Source: a bacterium (GTDB lineage: Bacteria; CAIWAD01). From it: 64,000 nt of DNA. The stretch lies in NCBI GenBank assembly GCA_030429345.1, contig JAUIFJ010000015.1, positions 28,931 to 92,930 of the forward strand. The letters run 5' to 3'. The notes beneath the pieces were generated by a model. That model was not told where the DNA came from. It worked only from the letters and a program-made list of their open reading frames with translations, and ran no database searches. Shown here piece after piece: positions 48,541 through 58,369 of the stretch; positions within the stretch are counted from its first letter, which is position 1; every line of letters begins with the position of its first letter. Both the position numbers and the translations under genes were made by a program.

Positions 48541-49539
48541 CTACTCGACCAGGTCGTCCTGCTCCTGTATACACACATGGGTCGCCGCGCCGGCGCGCTG
48601 GTCGTCGGGCGGGCGGACGATGAAGAAGCTGACCGGCATGCCCATCAGCTCCTCGCTGAACTCGAGGCCTTCGTCCAGGTCCGTGTAATGGAAGAAATAG
48701 TCCTCCCCGGAATCGCTGGTCAGGAAGCCGAAGCCTTTCTCGATCTTGACGGTCTTGATCGCGCCGTATACTTCCTCGCCCTCGTCGATCGCCCGCTGGC
48801 GGTCCTGCTCGATCTCCTCCAGCTGCTTCTGCCGCTGGTTGTAGCTCACCTGGGGACGGGCAGCGCCCTCGCCGTGTTCGCCATCGTCGTAGGGGGCCGA
48901 GCGCGAGGGCAGTTCGCGTGTCAGCTGGATCTCGTTGACCATGTCGTCCATCCAGATCGTGTTGAAATCGGCCACCATGGCCCGCTCGTGCGAACTGGAG
49001 AATTCCGGGGTGCAGCTGTTGCGGATGCTGATCACCACCGTGCGCTTGCCGAAGCGGCGAATGGCGCGGATCGCCGGCTTGTAGTCGCGGTCGCCGATCA
49101 GGAAGGCCGCAATGTCAAAGGCGTGATTATGCGCGCACTGCAGGGCCGTCGTCGCCAGCGAGATCGAGGCCTGGGCCTCGCGCGGGTGGAAGGGATCCGT
49201 CGGGTCGCGGTCGCTGCGGCGGATCCGGCGGCCCTTGAAATTGACGGGATAGGTTTCGACATGGTAGAAGAAGTCCTCGCGCATGCGCGTGTAGAAATCC
49301 TTCTGCCGTTGCGAGAGCATCTCGTCCATCGGGTCGACCTTGACGGGGAAGGCGCCGAACATGAAGCCGCGGACGAAGTCCAGCTCCAGGCCGGGCTGCT
49401 GCCCGCCAAGCTCCTCCAGGATGGACTGGGGCAGCTTGTTGAAGTCGATCTGATAGTAGCGGTCCTCGGTGTAGTCCAGGAGCCGGGCCATGTTCTGGTA
49501 GAGCCAGGTGCCATCGACGAACAACATCACACGTGCCAT
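48541..49539 (-). CDS. NYN (LabA-like/PIN-like) domain protein fused to a C-terminal cold-shock domain
   Basis: N-terminal MARVMLFVDGTWLY...FLIGDRDYKPAI matches the NYN fold. C-terminal GAIKTVKIEKGFGFLTSDSGEDYFFHYTDL is a CspA-like RNP1 motif. The ATG follows GGAGG. Confidence 0.7.
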   Translation of the reverse strand: MARVMLFVDGTWLYQNMARLLDYTEDRYYQIDFNKLPQSILEELGGQQPGLELDFVRGFMFGAFPVKVDPMDEMLSQRQKDFYTRMREDFFYHVETYPVNFKGRRIRRSDRDPTDPFHPREAQASISLATTALQCAHNHAFDIAAFLIGDRDYKPAIRAIRRFGKRTVVISIRNSCTPEFSSSHERAMVADFNTIWMDDMVNEIQLTRELPSRSAPYDDGEHGEGAARPQVSYNQRQKQLEEIEQDRQRAIDEGEEVYGAIKTVKIEKGFGFLTSDSGEDYFFHYTDLDEGLEFSEELMGMPVSFFIVRPPDDQRAGAATHVCIQEQDDLVE

Positions 49540-49636
49540 TTGTAGTACCTCCGAGTACAGGAATAGAAGTGTATACCGCGCGGCCTTCCCCGCGCGCTCT
49601 GCTGAAGGCGCCGGATCACGCCGGCGCCGGACTGTC

Positions 49637-51421
49637 CTAGTTGCGCGTCCCCGAGGAGACGATGTTCTCGGCCCAGATCGGCAGGTCCGGAAAACGGGCG
49701 CTCATGTGCTCGCGGCAGGCCTGCAGGATGCTGTCGGCCTTCTCCATGGTCAGGACGCGGGCCGTGAACTGTTCCGCCTCCTCCAGGCTCATCGAACGGA
49801 CGAGCAGCTTGATCTCCGGAAGGATCACGGGACTGACGCTCAGCTCGTCGAGCTTCATGCCCACCAGCAGCATGGTGACCGTGGGATCCCCGGCCATCTC
49901 CCCGCAGAGACCGACCTGGATGCCCGCGTTGCGCGCCGCGTCCACGGTCATGGCGATGCCGCGCAACACGGCGGGATGCATGCTGCGGAAGAGCCTCGCG
50001 ACCAGCTTGTTGTTGCGATCCACGGCCAGCATGTACTGCGTCAGGTCGTTGGTGCCGATGGAGAAGAAGTCCACCATGGGCGCCAGTTCGGTCGCGCAGA
50101 GCACGGCGCTGGGCAGCTCGATCATGATGCCGGTGCGGATGTTCTCGTCGAAGTCCTCGCCGCTTTGGCGCAGCTCCTCCTTGACGTCCTCGAAGACCTC
50201 CAGCACGCGCTCCAGCTCGGCCTTGCCGCTGATCATCGGGAACATGATGCGCACGTTGCCCACCGTGCTCGCCTTGAGGATGGCGCGCAGCTGGGTGCGG
50301 AAGAGCCGCGGCCGGTCCAGGCTGACGCGGATCGCGCGCCAGCCAAGGAAGGGATTGGCCTCCTGGGGGAACTCCATGCCCGCCGGCTGCTTGTCCCCGC
50401 CCAGGTCGAAGGTGCGTATCACGAGCGGATCCGGGTGGACGGCTTCCGCCGCGCGGCGGTATTCCTTTTCCTGCAGCTTCTCCCCCGGCATGGTCCGCGA
50501 GGCCAGGTAGAGATACTCCGTGCGGAAGAGGCCGACCCCGCGGCTGCCGGCCTTGAGCACCTGGTTCAGCTCGACGGGCAGTTCCAGGTTGGCGCTGAGC
50601 TCGATCTCGTGGCCGTCCTTCGTGATGCAGGGCTCGTCGCGCAGCCCCTGCAGCTCCTCCTCGAAGCCCAGGAAGACCTGGCGCGCCTTGCGGAAGCGGC
50701 TTGTCGTACGGGCGTTCGGGTTGATGAAGATCTTGCCGCTGGTGCCGTCGAGGATCACCAGGTCGCCGTCCTTGACGACTTCCAGGATTCCCTCCGCGCC
50801 GACGATCGCCGGCACGCCGACGCTGCGGCAGAGAATGGTCGTGTGACTGGCCTGGCTGCCCTTTTCCGTGATCAGCGCCAGCACCTGGGTCGCGTCGAGC
50901 AGCGCCGTCTCGGAGGGACTCAGGTCGTCGGCGATCAGGATCACGGGCTTGTCCGGCTGTCTCACGCGGCGCCGGCGGCGGCCCTGCAGGGTCTCGATCA
51001 GGCGGCGTCCGACATCGTGCACGTCGTCCACCCGCTGGCGGATGAACTCCTCCTTCGTGTTCCGGAACTGCCGCGCGAGTTCTTCCAGGTGCTGGTGCAG
51101 GGCGTAGTCGGCATTGACCCGCTCGTCGCGGATCATCTGCTCGACGGGTTCGAGCAGCATCGGATCCTTGAGGATCATCAGGTGCGCCTCGAAGATGCCC
51201 GCGCTTTCCGTGCCCAGGCGCTCGGCAACCTGTTCGGCCAGCTTGGCGATCCGCTTCTCGGCCGTTCCCAGGGCGCGGCGGAAGCGCTGCAGCTCGGGAG
51301 CGATCTCCGATTCGCGCAGGCTCCGCGGCTGCACGGTCTGGGCCGCGTGGGAGCGTCGGGCCACCGGACCGATCACGATGCCGGGGCTGACGCCGATGCC
51401 CGTACGCTTGATTTCTGCCAT
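49637..51421 (-). CDS. ptsI: Phosphoenolpyruvate-protein phosphotransferase (PTS enzyme I)
   Basis: It is collinear with EI across the full length, including the active-site region ...GSQASHTTILCRSVGVPAIVG... and PEP-utilising motifs. Confidence 0.9.
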   Translation of the reverse strand: MAEIKRTGIGVSPGIVIGPVARRSHAAQTVQPRSLRESEIAPELQRFRRALGTAEKRIAKLAEQVAERLGTESAGIFEAHLMILKDPMLLEPVEQMIRDERVNADYALHQHLEELARQFRNTKEEFIRQRVDDVHDVGRRLIETLQGRRRRRVRQPDKPVILIADDLSPSETALLDATQVLALITEKGSQASHTTILCRSVGVPAIVGAEGILEVVKDGDLVILDGTSGKIFINPNARTTSRFRKARQVFLGFEEELQGLRDEPCITKDGHEIELSANLELPVELNQVLKAGSRGVGLFRTEYLYLASRTMPGEKLQEKEYRRAAEAVHPDPLVIRTFDLGGDKQPAGMEFPQEANPFLGWRAIRVSLDRPRLFRTQLRAILKASTVGNVRIMFPMISGKAELERVLEVFEDVKEELRQSGEDFDENIRTGIMIELPSAVLCATELAPMVDFFSIGTNDLTQYMLAVDRNNKLVARLFRSMHPAVLRGIAMTVDAARNAGIQVGLCGEMAGDPTVTMLLVGMKLDELSVSPVILPEIKLLVRSMSLEEAEQFTARVLTMEKADSILQACREHMSARFPDLPIWAENIVSSGTRN

Positions 51422-51456
51422 GGAAGACCTCGTCTACAATAAACCGAGACTCGCGC

Positions 51457-51732
51457 TCAACCCTGCTTCAGTTCATGGAAGCCGGCGGCGAAGAGCTCTC
51501 TCAGCCCGTCCATCAGGGCCTGCTCGTCGGCGCCCTCCGTCTCGACGGTCACCGGGGCTCCGCACTCGGCGGCCAGCAGCAAAACGCCCATGATCGACTT
51601 GCCGTTGATGCGGTTGCCGTCCTTCTCGAGCCACAGTTCGGCCTGGTGTTTGGCGGCCAGCTTGACGATGTGCTGGGCGGGCCGGGCATGGATTCCCAGA
51701 TCGTTGATCACCATCAGTTCTTCTCTCAGCAT
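51457..51732 (-). CDS. ptsH: Phosphocarrier protein HPr
   Basis: GIHARPA is the active-His15 context. The length (91 aa) fits HPr. Confidence 0.85.
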   Translation of the reverse strand: MLREELMVINDLGIHARPAQHIVKLAAKHQAELWLEKDGNRINGKSIMGVLLLAAECGAPVTVETEGADEQALMDGLRELFAAGFHELKQG

Positions 51733-51746
51733 GAACCGTGACCTCT

Positions 51747-52460
51747 TCAGAAAAGGGCTGTCGCGAGGACCGCCAGGACCAGGATGTATACAGGCAATGC
51801 CCAGTGCCGTTCGGGCAGCTGCCAGGAAACCAGTGTGACAAGACCCAGGCCCGCCAGGCGCGGCCCGTCGAGTCCCAGTTGCAGGGCGTGGGCGAATCCC
51901 ACTCCCAGGAAAAGCCCGGCGCTGAGCGCGAAGGCCCTGGCCGTCCAGCGATTGACCGGGTGCTGCTTGAGCGCCATGATGTCCCGGTGCACCTCGCGGC
52001 CCAGCTCCATGCCCCGGCTGATGCCGCGCCAGCGAATCCAGAGATGCATGGCGTTGTAGCCCAGCCAGGCCACGATCACCAGGGACAGCCCCAGGCGGCG
52101 GTAGCCCGCCAGGCCGAGCACCAGCCCCCAGCAGGAAAGCACCCCGGAAAGCGGCCGCAGGTAGTACCAGAACAGCCGGTCCCCGACCGCGCCCAGCGGC
52201 GGAATCGCCGCCTTCTTCAGGCGCTCGAGCACCTGCCCTTCATGATCCTGCTCCATGCGGGCGCTGGCGCCGATGATGTAGCCCGCCAGGTAGGGATGCG
52301 AATTGAAGAAGCCGAAGGAGCGCCCCAGTTTCTCCTGTCGCCCCTCGGGCTGCTCCTTCCACTGCGGCAGCAGGGCCCAGAGAATGCCGATATGCGTCAT
52401 GCCCCGGTAGTTGATCAGGGCCTGATTGAAAAAGCTGCGCCAGAACAGGCGACCTTTCAT
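51747..52460 (-). CDS. PTS mannose/fructose/sorbose-family IID component
   Basis: Start is revised to the internal ATG (MKGRLFWRSFFNQALINYRGM). GFFNSHPY and PPLGAVGDRLFW align with ManZ motifs. An ATGA overlap joins it to IIC. Confidence 0.75.
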   Translation of the reverse strand: MKGRLFWRSFFNQALINYRGMTHIGILWALLPQWKEQPEGRQEKLGRSFGFFNSHPYLAGYIIGASARMEQDHEGQVLERLKKAAIPPLGAVGDRLFWYYLRPLSGVLSCWGLVLGLAGYRRLGLSLVIVAWLGYNAMHLWIRWRGISRGMELGREVHRDIMALKQHPVNRWTARAFALSAGLFLGVGFAHALQLGLDGPRLAGLGLVTLVSWQLPERHWALPVYILVLAVLATALF

Positions 52461-53179
52461 GCGGCCAGTCCCTCCAGCGCCAAGAGCAGGGCGGCACCGG
52501 CCACCCAGCCGACGACGGTCAAACTGCCCGGTTGCCGGCCCGTACCCAGCTTCAGACCTGTGCCGATGGCCGTGGCCAGCACGAGCCACTTGAAGTAGGA
52601 TGGGTTCAGCTCCGTCGCGGCCAGTGTGCTCAGGATCCAGGCCGCAAGGGGGCCCAGCAGCGCCAGCACCAGGAAGGCGAAGCCGAAGGCCATCAGGAAA
52701 CTCCCGACGAGGGCCTGCAGGAAGAGCTTGTTCACCTGATCCGGCTGATCGCCCTGGACCGCGGCTTCGAAGCGGCCGTACCAGTGCCTCGTGTTCCGCT
52801 GGCGCTGCGCATGGTTGTGCCAGCCGGCCAGGTAGCTGAAACCGATGGCGAAGAGCAGGCCGCAGAAGATCCGCCATTCCAGCCCCGCCTCTGCGTTTCC
52901 GGCAGTAGGGATCACCACCAGCAGGCCCAGGTAGCCGCCCATGGCGGGATCCGGCGGGCTGGTTGCTCCCAGGGGCAGTTCACGAAGCAGCAGCAGTTCC
53001 AGGCAGAGCCCCATCCAGAGGCCCAACTCGATCTGCCCCGCCACCAGGCCCACCAGCGGCAGCACGATCGCAGGGCGCCCCAGCTGGAACTGGCCGATGG
53101 CCCAGGTCTCCAGGTAGAGCAACGCCGCCGCCAGCGAAGCCAGCGCCAGAAGAAGAGGCTGTTCGGGAAAAAGTCCCAT
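52457..53179 (-). CDS. PTS mannose-family IIC component (probable)
   Basis: It is a polytopic membrane protein of IIC-Man size, coupled by ATGA to IID. Start is the ATG at 53179. Confidence 0.6.
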   Translation of the reverse strand: MGLFPEQPLLLALASLAAALLYLETWAIGQFQLGRPAIVLPLVGLVAGQIELGLWMGLCLELLLLRELPLGATSPPDPAMGGYLGLLVVIPTAGNAEAGLEWRIFCGLLFAIGFSYLAGWHNHAQRQRNTRHWYGRFEAAVQGDQPDQVNKLFLQALVGSFLMAFGFAFLVLALLGPLAAWILSTLAATELNPSYFKWLVLATAIGTGLKLGTGRQPGSLTVVGWVAGAALLLALEGLAA

Positions 53180-53266
53180 GGCATCCGGTCGGCGCGGCTC
53201 CGGGGGAGCGCGCGGAAACACCTGTGCTACAACCTGGATTGCGGCCCGTCGGCCGTCCTACTCGAA

Positions 53267-54283
53267 CTACGATTTCCGCCGCAGCAGCCAGGTGGCATAG
53301 GCGCGCAAAGCCTCCACCTTGAGCCCCGCGTCGGCTTCGTCAAGAACATCAAAGGCTTCGCCGAAAAGGCTGTCCACCAGCTTGCGCCCATCCTCCAGCA
53401 CGCCGCCGTCCACCAGCAGAGTGCGCAGTTCGCGCAATTCATCAGCCCCTGCCTGACGCGCAGCCAGCAGTTCGCGGCAGCGCTTCAAGGCATCGCCCTG
53501 CAGCAGCTCCAGCGCTTTCAGGGTGACGAAAGTCTTTTTATGCATCGCCATGTCGGAACCGACATTCTTGCCCAGCTCCTCCGTGGTCGACAGGTAGTCC
53601 AGCAGATCATCCTGAATCTGGAAGGCCTTGCCGATGAGCGCCCCGTAGCGCTCCAGCAGGTCGACCGTCGCCGGATCGCAGCCCGCGGCCATGGCGCCGA
53701 TGCGGGTCGACATGCAGATCAGGCGCCCCGTCTTGCGGGCGATCATGTCCTCGTAGTCTGCCAGGGTGACCTTGCCGGACTCCTCGAACTCCTTGTCCAG
53801 GGCCTGGCCTTCGCAGACCTCCACCACGGCTTCAGTGAAGGTGCGCACCTGGCCGGGCAGATCCTCTCCGCAGGAATCGCAGAGACAGCGGTAGGCAATG
53901 CCGATCAGCGCGTCTCCGGCGAGAATCGCCGTACCCTCGTCCCAGCGCGCGTGGATCGTCGGTTGGCCGCGGCGCACCAGGTCGTGGTCCATGATATCGT
54001 CATGGACCAGGGTGAAATTGTGCAGCAGCTCGACCGCAACGGCGGCGTTGAGCACTTTGTGCATGGGCAGGCCGCCGGCTTCGGCGGTCAGAATGGTCAG
54101 AATGGGGCGGATGCGCTTCCCGCCGATGCCCATGATGTACCGCAGGGGTTCATAGAGGCTGACGGGCTTGCGATAGCGGGAAAGGATCTCGGCAATGTGC
54201 GCCTCGATCGCTTCCCGCTCTTCCTGAAAGGGGTTTTCAGGCAGGACAGGCAAGGGGCGAAGGTGCTGCAACTCAGTCTTCAT
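53267..54283 (-). CDS. Polyprenyl diphosphate synthase (farnesyl/geranylgeranyl diphosphate synthase, IspA/CrtE-like)
   Basis: The first DDxxD motif is LVHDDIMD and the second is FQIQDDLLD. Confidence 0.85.
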   Translation of the reverse strand: MKTELQHLRPLPVLPENPFQEEREAIEAHIAEILSRYRKPVSLYEPLRYIMGIGGKRIRPILTILTAEAGGLPMHKVLNAAVAVELLHNFTLVHDDIMDHDLVRRGQPTIHARWDEGTAILAGDALIGIAYRCLCDSCGEDLPGQVRTFTEAVVEVCEGQALDKEFEESGKVTLADYEDMIARKTGRLICMSTRIGAMAAGCDPATVDLLERYGALIGKAFQIQDDLLDYLSTTEELGKNVGSDMAMHKKTFVTLKALELLQGDALKRCRELLAARQAGADELRELRTLLVDGGVLEDGRKLVDSLFGEAFDVLDEADAGLKVEALRAYATWLLRRKS

Positions 54284-54656
54284 CGACCGGATCGTTGAAG
54301 GCCTTCTCGATCAGCTGGGTCATGGCCTGCAGCTTGACCGGCTTGACCAGATAGGTATAGCCGTCGTTCTCGATGGTCTTGAGAATGGTTTCGGAACTGG
54401 GGTAACCGGTCAGAATGATCACTCGCACCTTCTCGTTGAGGCTGCGGATCTTCTGCAGGAGGGTCATTCCGTCCATGTGGGGCATCTTGATGTCCGAGAT
54501 CACCAGGTCGATCCCCCGTTCCTGGAAGACCTGCAGGGCCATGTCGCCATCGGTGGCGCTGTAGGCCTGGTAGCCGAGCTGTCCGATCAGCTGGGAAAGG
54601 ATCTCGCACTGTGCAGGATCGTCGTCGACGATCAGGATCTGCTTTTGATCTGCCAT
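54273..54656 (-). CDS. Single-domain response regulator (CheY-like receiver)
   Basis: Start is revised to the ATG (MADQKQILIVDDD). ...DLVISDIKMPHMDG...VIILTG... are receiver motifs. It is 127 aa. Confidence 0.75.
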   Translation of the reverse strand: MADQKQILIVDDDPAQCEILSQLIGQLGYQAYSATDGDMALQVFQERGIDLVISDIKMPHMDGMTLLQKIRSLNEKVRVIILTGYPSSETILKTIENDGYTYLVKPVKLQAMTQLIEKAFNDPVDED

Positions 54657-54771
54657 TGATTGCTCCAAGGGAGGGACATCCGTAACTCGTACAATAGAAA
54701 CGGGAATATAGGGATCCCCGCCGGAAATGCGTTCAAGCCGACACAAGGCGAAATCTGCGGGAAAAGCGAGC

Positions 54772-56157
54772 ATGGATGACTGGATCATCGGCATTGGCGG
54801 CACGGCAATGGCATCGCTGGCGATCTGCCTTCGCCGGCAGGGACGGGTGGTCGGCGGCAGCGACGAGGGGGTCTATCCTCCCATGTCCGACCTGCTGCGG
54901 GAAGCCGGCATCGCCTGGCGGGAGGGCTACTCGGCGAAGAACCTGCCGGATGCCCCCTGCCGGATCATCGTGGCCAATGCCATTCCCCGAGGCAACCCGG
55001 AACTGGAGGCGGCGCTGGAGGCCGGTCGTCCCCTGACCTGTCTGCCGGAGCTGATCCGCAGCGACTTCCTGCCAGGCCGCCATTCGGTGGTCGTCAGCGG
55101 CACGCATGGCAAGACCACCACGACCAACCTCTTGGCCCTGCTGCTGCGCGAGGCCGGCCTGGATCCCGGCTGGCTGATCGGCGGACGCCCCGCCGGCCTG
55201 CCTTCGCCGATGCACGCCGGAAGCGGCCCCTTCCTGATCGAGGGCGACGAGTACGACACGGTTTTCTACGACAAGCGCAGCAAGTTCCTGCACTACTGGC
55301 CACGCACCCTGGTGATCAACCACATCGAGTTCGACCATTCCGACATCTTCGAGAATGTATCACAGATCCAGCACAGCTTCCGCCTGCTGCTGAGGCTGCT
55401 GCCCGCCGGCGGCCGGCTGATCGTCAATGGCGACAGTCCCCTGGCCATGGAAGTCGCCGCCGACTCTCCGGCCCCGCTGACCACTTTCGGCGAGGGGGAA
55501 GGCTGCGACTGCCGCCTGCTGGGCGAACGGCCGGAGGGTGAATCCTCCGTATACACGTATCTACTGGATGGCGTGGAACACGCGCTGCGTTCGCCGATGC
55601 AGGGAGCGCACAACGGGCGCAACCTGGCCGTGGCCCTTCTGCTGGCGCGGCAGTTCGGCGTGCCCCAGAGCATTCTCGAACAGGTGGCCGCCGGCTTCTC
55701 CGGCCCGGGACGGCGCATGGACCGCTACGAGCTGAAGGGCGGCGGCCTACTCTACGACGATTTCGCCCACCACCCGACGGCGATCCGCGAAAGCCTGCGC
55801 GGCCTGCGCCTGCGCCACCCCGAGCGGCGGATCACGGCGCTCTTCGAACCGCGCTCGAACACCAGCGTCACCAATGTGATGCAGCAGGAGTTCATGGAGG
55901 CCCTGTCCGGAGCGGACCGCGCCGGCATGGGGGCGCTGCACCGGGCCTGGAAGTACGCTCCGGAGACGCTCTTCGACTTCGCCCTTGCCGCGGGCTGGTT
56001 CGCCGGGCGCGGCATTCCCTTCGCCCAGCGCGACAAGGCGGAAGAACTGGCGGACTGGGCTCTGGAGGACTTCGGCAAGGACGACCTGCTGGTGCTCTTC
56101 AGCAACGGCAGCTTCCAGGGCCTGAGGGAGCTGGTGCTGGAGCGGCTCGCAAAATGA
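54772..56157 (+). CDS. mpl: UDP-N-acetylmuramate:L-alanyl-gamma-D-glutamyl-meso-diaminopimelate ligase (Mpl, MurC-like)
   Basis: IGIGGTAMAS...VVSGTHGKTTTT is the Mur ligase P-loop. It is collinear with Mpl. Start is the ATG at 54772. Confidence 0.75.
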   Translation: MDDWIIGIGGTAMASLAICLRRQGRVVGGSDEGVYPPMSDLLREAGIAWREGYSAKNLPDAPCRIIVANAIPRGNPELEAALEAGRPLTCLPELIRSDFLPGRHSVVVSGTHGKTTTTNLLALLLREAGLDPGWLIGGRPAGLPSPMHAGSGPFLIEGDEYDTVFYDKRSKFLHYWPRTLVINHIEFDHSDIFENVSQIQHSFRLLLRLLPAGGRLIVNGDSPLAMEVAADSPAPLTTFGEGEGCDCRLLGERPEGESSVYTYLLDGVEHALRSPMQGAHNGRNLAVALLLARQFGVPQSILEQVAAGFSGPGRRMDRYELKGGGLLYDDFAHHPTAIRESLRGLRLRHPERRITALFEPRSNTSVTNVMQQEFMEALSGADRAGMGALHRAWKYAPETLFDFALAAGWFAGRGIPFAQRDKAEELADWALEDFGKDDLLVLFSNGSFQGLRELVLERLAK

Positions 56158-56603
56158 AGCAGGAATTCGTGATCCGCCGGTTGAAGAGCCCGGAGGCCGA
56201 GTGGCTGCGGCTGCGGCAGCTGTTGTGGCCCGCCCAGGAAGAGGAGCATCTCACGGAGATGCTGAAGGAGCTCCGCGAGCCGGAGCGCTTCGCGCACTGG
56301 CTGGCCCTGGACGATCGGGGAAAGGCCCGCGGCCTGGCCGAGGCCAGCCTGCGGAACGACTTTGTGGAAGGAGCTTCCTCTTCCCCTGTGGCCTACCTGG
56401 AAGGGCTCTTCGTCGAGGAGGCCTTCCGGCGGCAGGGCATCGCCGCGGCACTCGTGATGCAGGTCCGCGACTGGGGCCGCGGGCGCGGCTGCCGGCAGCT
56501 GGCCTCCGACACGGAACTGGAGAACACGCTCTCGCAGGCCGTTCACGAAGCCCTGGGCTTCGGCGAGGCCGGACGGGTGGTCTGCTTCATCCGGGAGCTC
56601 TAG
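56154..56603 (+). CDS. GNAT-family N-acetyltransferase (AAC(6')-like)
   Basis: YLEGLFVEEAFRRQGIAAALV is the acetyl-CoA-binding motif. An ATGA overlap joins it to mpl. Confidence 0.7.
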   Translation: MKQEFVIRRLKSPEAEWLRLRQLLWPAQEEEHLTEMLKELREPERFAHWLALDDRGKARGLAEASLRNDFVEGASSSPVAYLEGLFVEEAFRRQGIAAALVMQVRDWGRGRGCRQLASDTELENTLSQAVHEALGFGEAGRVVCFIREL

Positions 56604-56604
56604 C

Positions 56605-57429
56605 ATGCTGCACTCCGACCGGCGCCGCAGGGTGACTCTCGAGCCTCTGGCTGTGACACAGGCTTTGCTGGGCCTGCCCCTGTCCAGCGTGAGACGGCGT
56701 GCGGCGGCGCTTTCCGCGGACCTCTTCCTGGTCTTTCTCTACAGCCTGGTCCTCCTGCCTGCGGGCATCCTGTTCACGCTTCAGTGGCAGGAGCCGCGCC
56801 TTCTTCCCCGCCTTGGGGAGCTGCTCGAGCAGGACCAGGATCCCTGGGAGGACACGGAGTTCCTGTACTACCTGATGCGCATGGCCACTCGCCACTATCC
56901 GGCCTGCCTCTCCCCCGAACTGCGCGAGCTGGTCGTGGCGGAGGACCTGCAGGGTCTGGAACAGGTTCTGGGCAAGTATCACATCCAGGGCACGATCAGC
57001 TTCGGCGAAGTATACAACGAGCCCTACGTGCCGGATTCCCGCCAGGTCGTGCTCACCCTGAGCTCCGTCGCCGGCGAGGACTCGAAAGTGCTCAACTTCC
57101 TGCTTGTGCTCGTTCCGTATTTCACGCTCTTCGCATGGTGGGGCAAAGGAAAGACACCAGGCAAGCTCCTCTTCGGCATACGCGTCGTGCGCTTGACAGG
57201 CGGCCCCTTCCGCCTGAGGGACAGCTTCAACCGCGCCGGCGGCTACACGGCGAGCCTTTCGACCTTCGGCCTGGGCTTTCTCGAGGCCGTGCGCGACCCG
57301 AACCGACAGGCCCTGCATGATCGCATCGCGGGCACGGTCGTGATCCGCGCGGGCAGGAAGATGTACCGGGAATTTCCCCCGGCCGGGGCGGCGGAAGCTG
57401 CTCAAGGAGTGTCCAACGGGGAGGACTGA
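56605..57429 (+). CDS. RDD-family membrane protein
   Basis: It has TM helices and a C-terminal RDD-like region (NRQALHDRIAGTVV). The ATG is 1 nt after the GNAT stop. Confidence 0.55.
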   Translation: MLHSDRRRRVTLEPLAVTQALLGLPLSSVRRRAAALSADLFLVFLYSLVLLPAGILFTLQWQEPRLLPRLGELLEQDQDPWEDTEFLYYLMRMATRHYPACLSPELRELVVAEDLQGLEQVLGKYHIQGTISFGEVYNEPYVPDSRQVVLTLSSVAGEDSKVLNFLLVLVPYFTLFAWWGKGKTPGKLLFGIRVVRLTGGPFRLRDSFNRAGGYTASLSTFGLGFLEAVRDPNRQALHDRIAGTVVIRAGRKMYREFPPAGAAEAAQGVSNGED

Positions 57430-57510
57430 AAGTAACGGGGTTCAAAGCCATGCACTGTGAGGTTGAGCGTGTAAGGGCCCAAAGTCCACTTTCGTCCTCC
57501 CGCATGGACA
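57422..57510 (+). repeat. Intergenic repeat element copy E
   Basis: It reads gaggactgaaagtaacggggttcaaagccatgcactgtgaggttgagcgtg...cactttcgtcctcccgcatggac. Confidence 0.55.
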
Positions 57511-57561
57511 AAATGCCCAGATGAGGCGGTTCACGGCTGGATCGGACCGGCAAATGTCTGG

Positions 57562-57658
57562 AGAGGAGGACTGAAAGTAACAGCGTTCAAAGCCATGCAC
57601 TGTGAGTAGGAGCGTGCACGGGCTCAATGTCCACTTTTGTCCACCCGCCTGGACATGT
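57562..57658 (+). repeat. Intergenic repeat element copy F (tandem to E, about 140 bp spacing)
   Basis: It reads gaggaggactgaaagtaacagcgttcaaagccatgcactgtgagtaggagcgtgca...cacttttgtccacccgcctggacatgtggac. Confidence 0.6.
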
Positions 57659-57796
57659 GGACAAGCCGAATCAGTTCAGTTCGAGTGCAAACGGGCTGTC
57701 TCCGCCAGGAAACAGCCCGTGATACATTCCATGCTCTCTTGCGCGGCCCAGTCCTATGCAATTCCACGATGCCGGGAAATGAATCCCGTCGCGAAT

Positions 57797-58369
57797 CTAC
57801 TTGGCCTGACGATTGAGAATGCTCAGGAATTCGGCGCGGGTCTCGGCGTGGTCGTGGAACTCGCCCAGCATGGCACTGGTGGTGGTCATGCTGTTCTGCT
57901 TCTGCACGCCGCGCATCTGCATGCACATGTGCGCTCCCTCCATGACCACCGCGACTCCCAGGGGCTGTAACACCTCCCTCAGGGCCTGGGCCACCTGGTG
58001 CGTCAGGCGCTCCTGCACCTGCAGGCGACGCGCGAACATGTCGATAATCCGCGGAATCTTGGACAGGCCGATCACCCTGCCGTCGGGGATGTAGCCGACA
58101 TGCGCCTTGCCGAAGAAGGGCAGCAGGTGGTGTTCGCAGAGGCTGTAGAATTCGATGTCGCGCACGATCACGATCTCGTTGCAGTCCTCTTCGAAGACGG
58201 CTTCGTTGACGATCGTCTCCAGGCTCTGCGAATAGCCCACGGTCAGGTCCTGCCAGGCCCGGGCCACGCGTCGCGGAGTCCGTAGCAGGCCTTCGCGCTG
58301 CGGATTCTCGCCCAGGGTCTCGAGCAGGGAGCTTGTCAGCTCCTGCAGTCGTTCTTGCTTGTCACTCAC
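57797..58369 (-). CDS. folE: GTP cyclohydrolase I
   Basis: ...[19 protein letters not shown]...HMCMQMRGV... are FolE signatures. The protein is 190 aa. Confidence 0.9.
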   Translation of the reverse strand: MSDKQERLQELTSSLLETLGENPQREGLLRTPRRVARAWQDLTVGYSQSLETIVNEAVFEEDCNEIVIVRDIEFYSLCEHHLLPFFGKAHVGYIPDGRVIGLSKIPRIIDMFARRLQVQERLTHQVAQALREVLQPLGVAVVMEGAHMCMQMRGVQKQNSMTTTSAMLGEFHDHAETRAEFLSILNRQAK

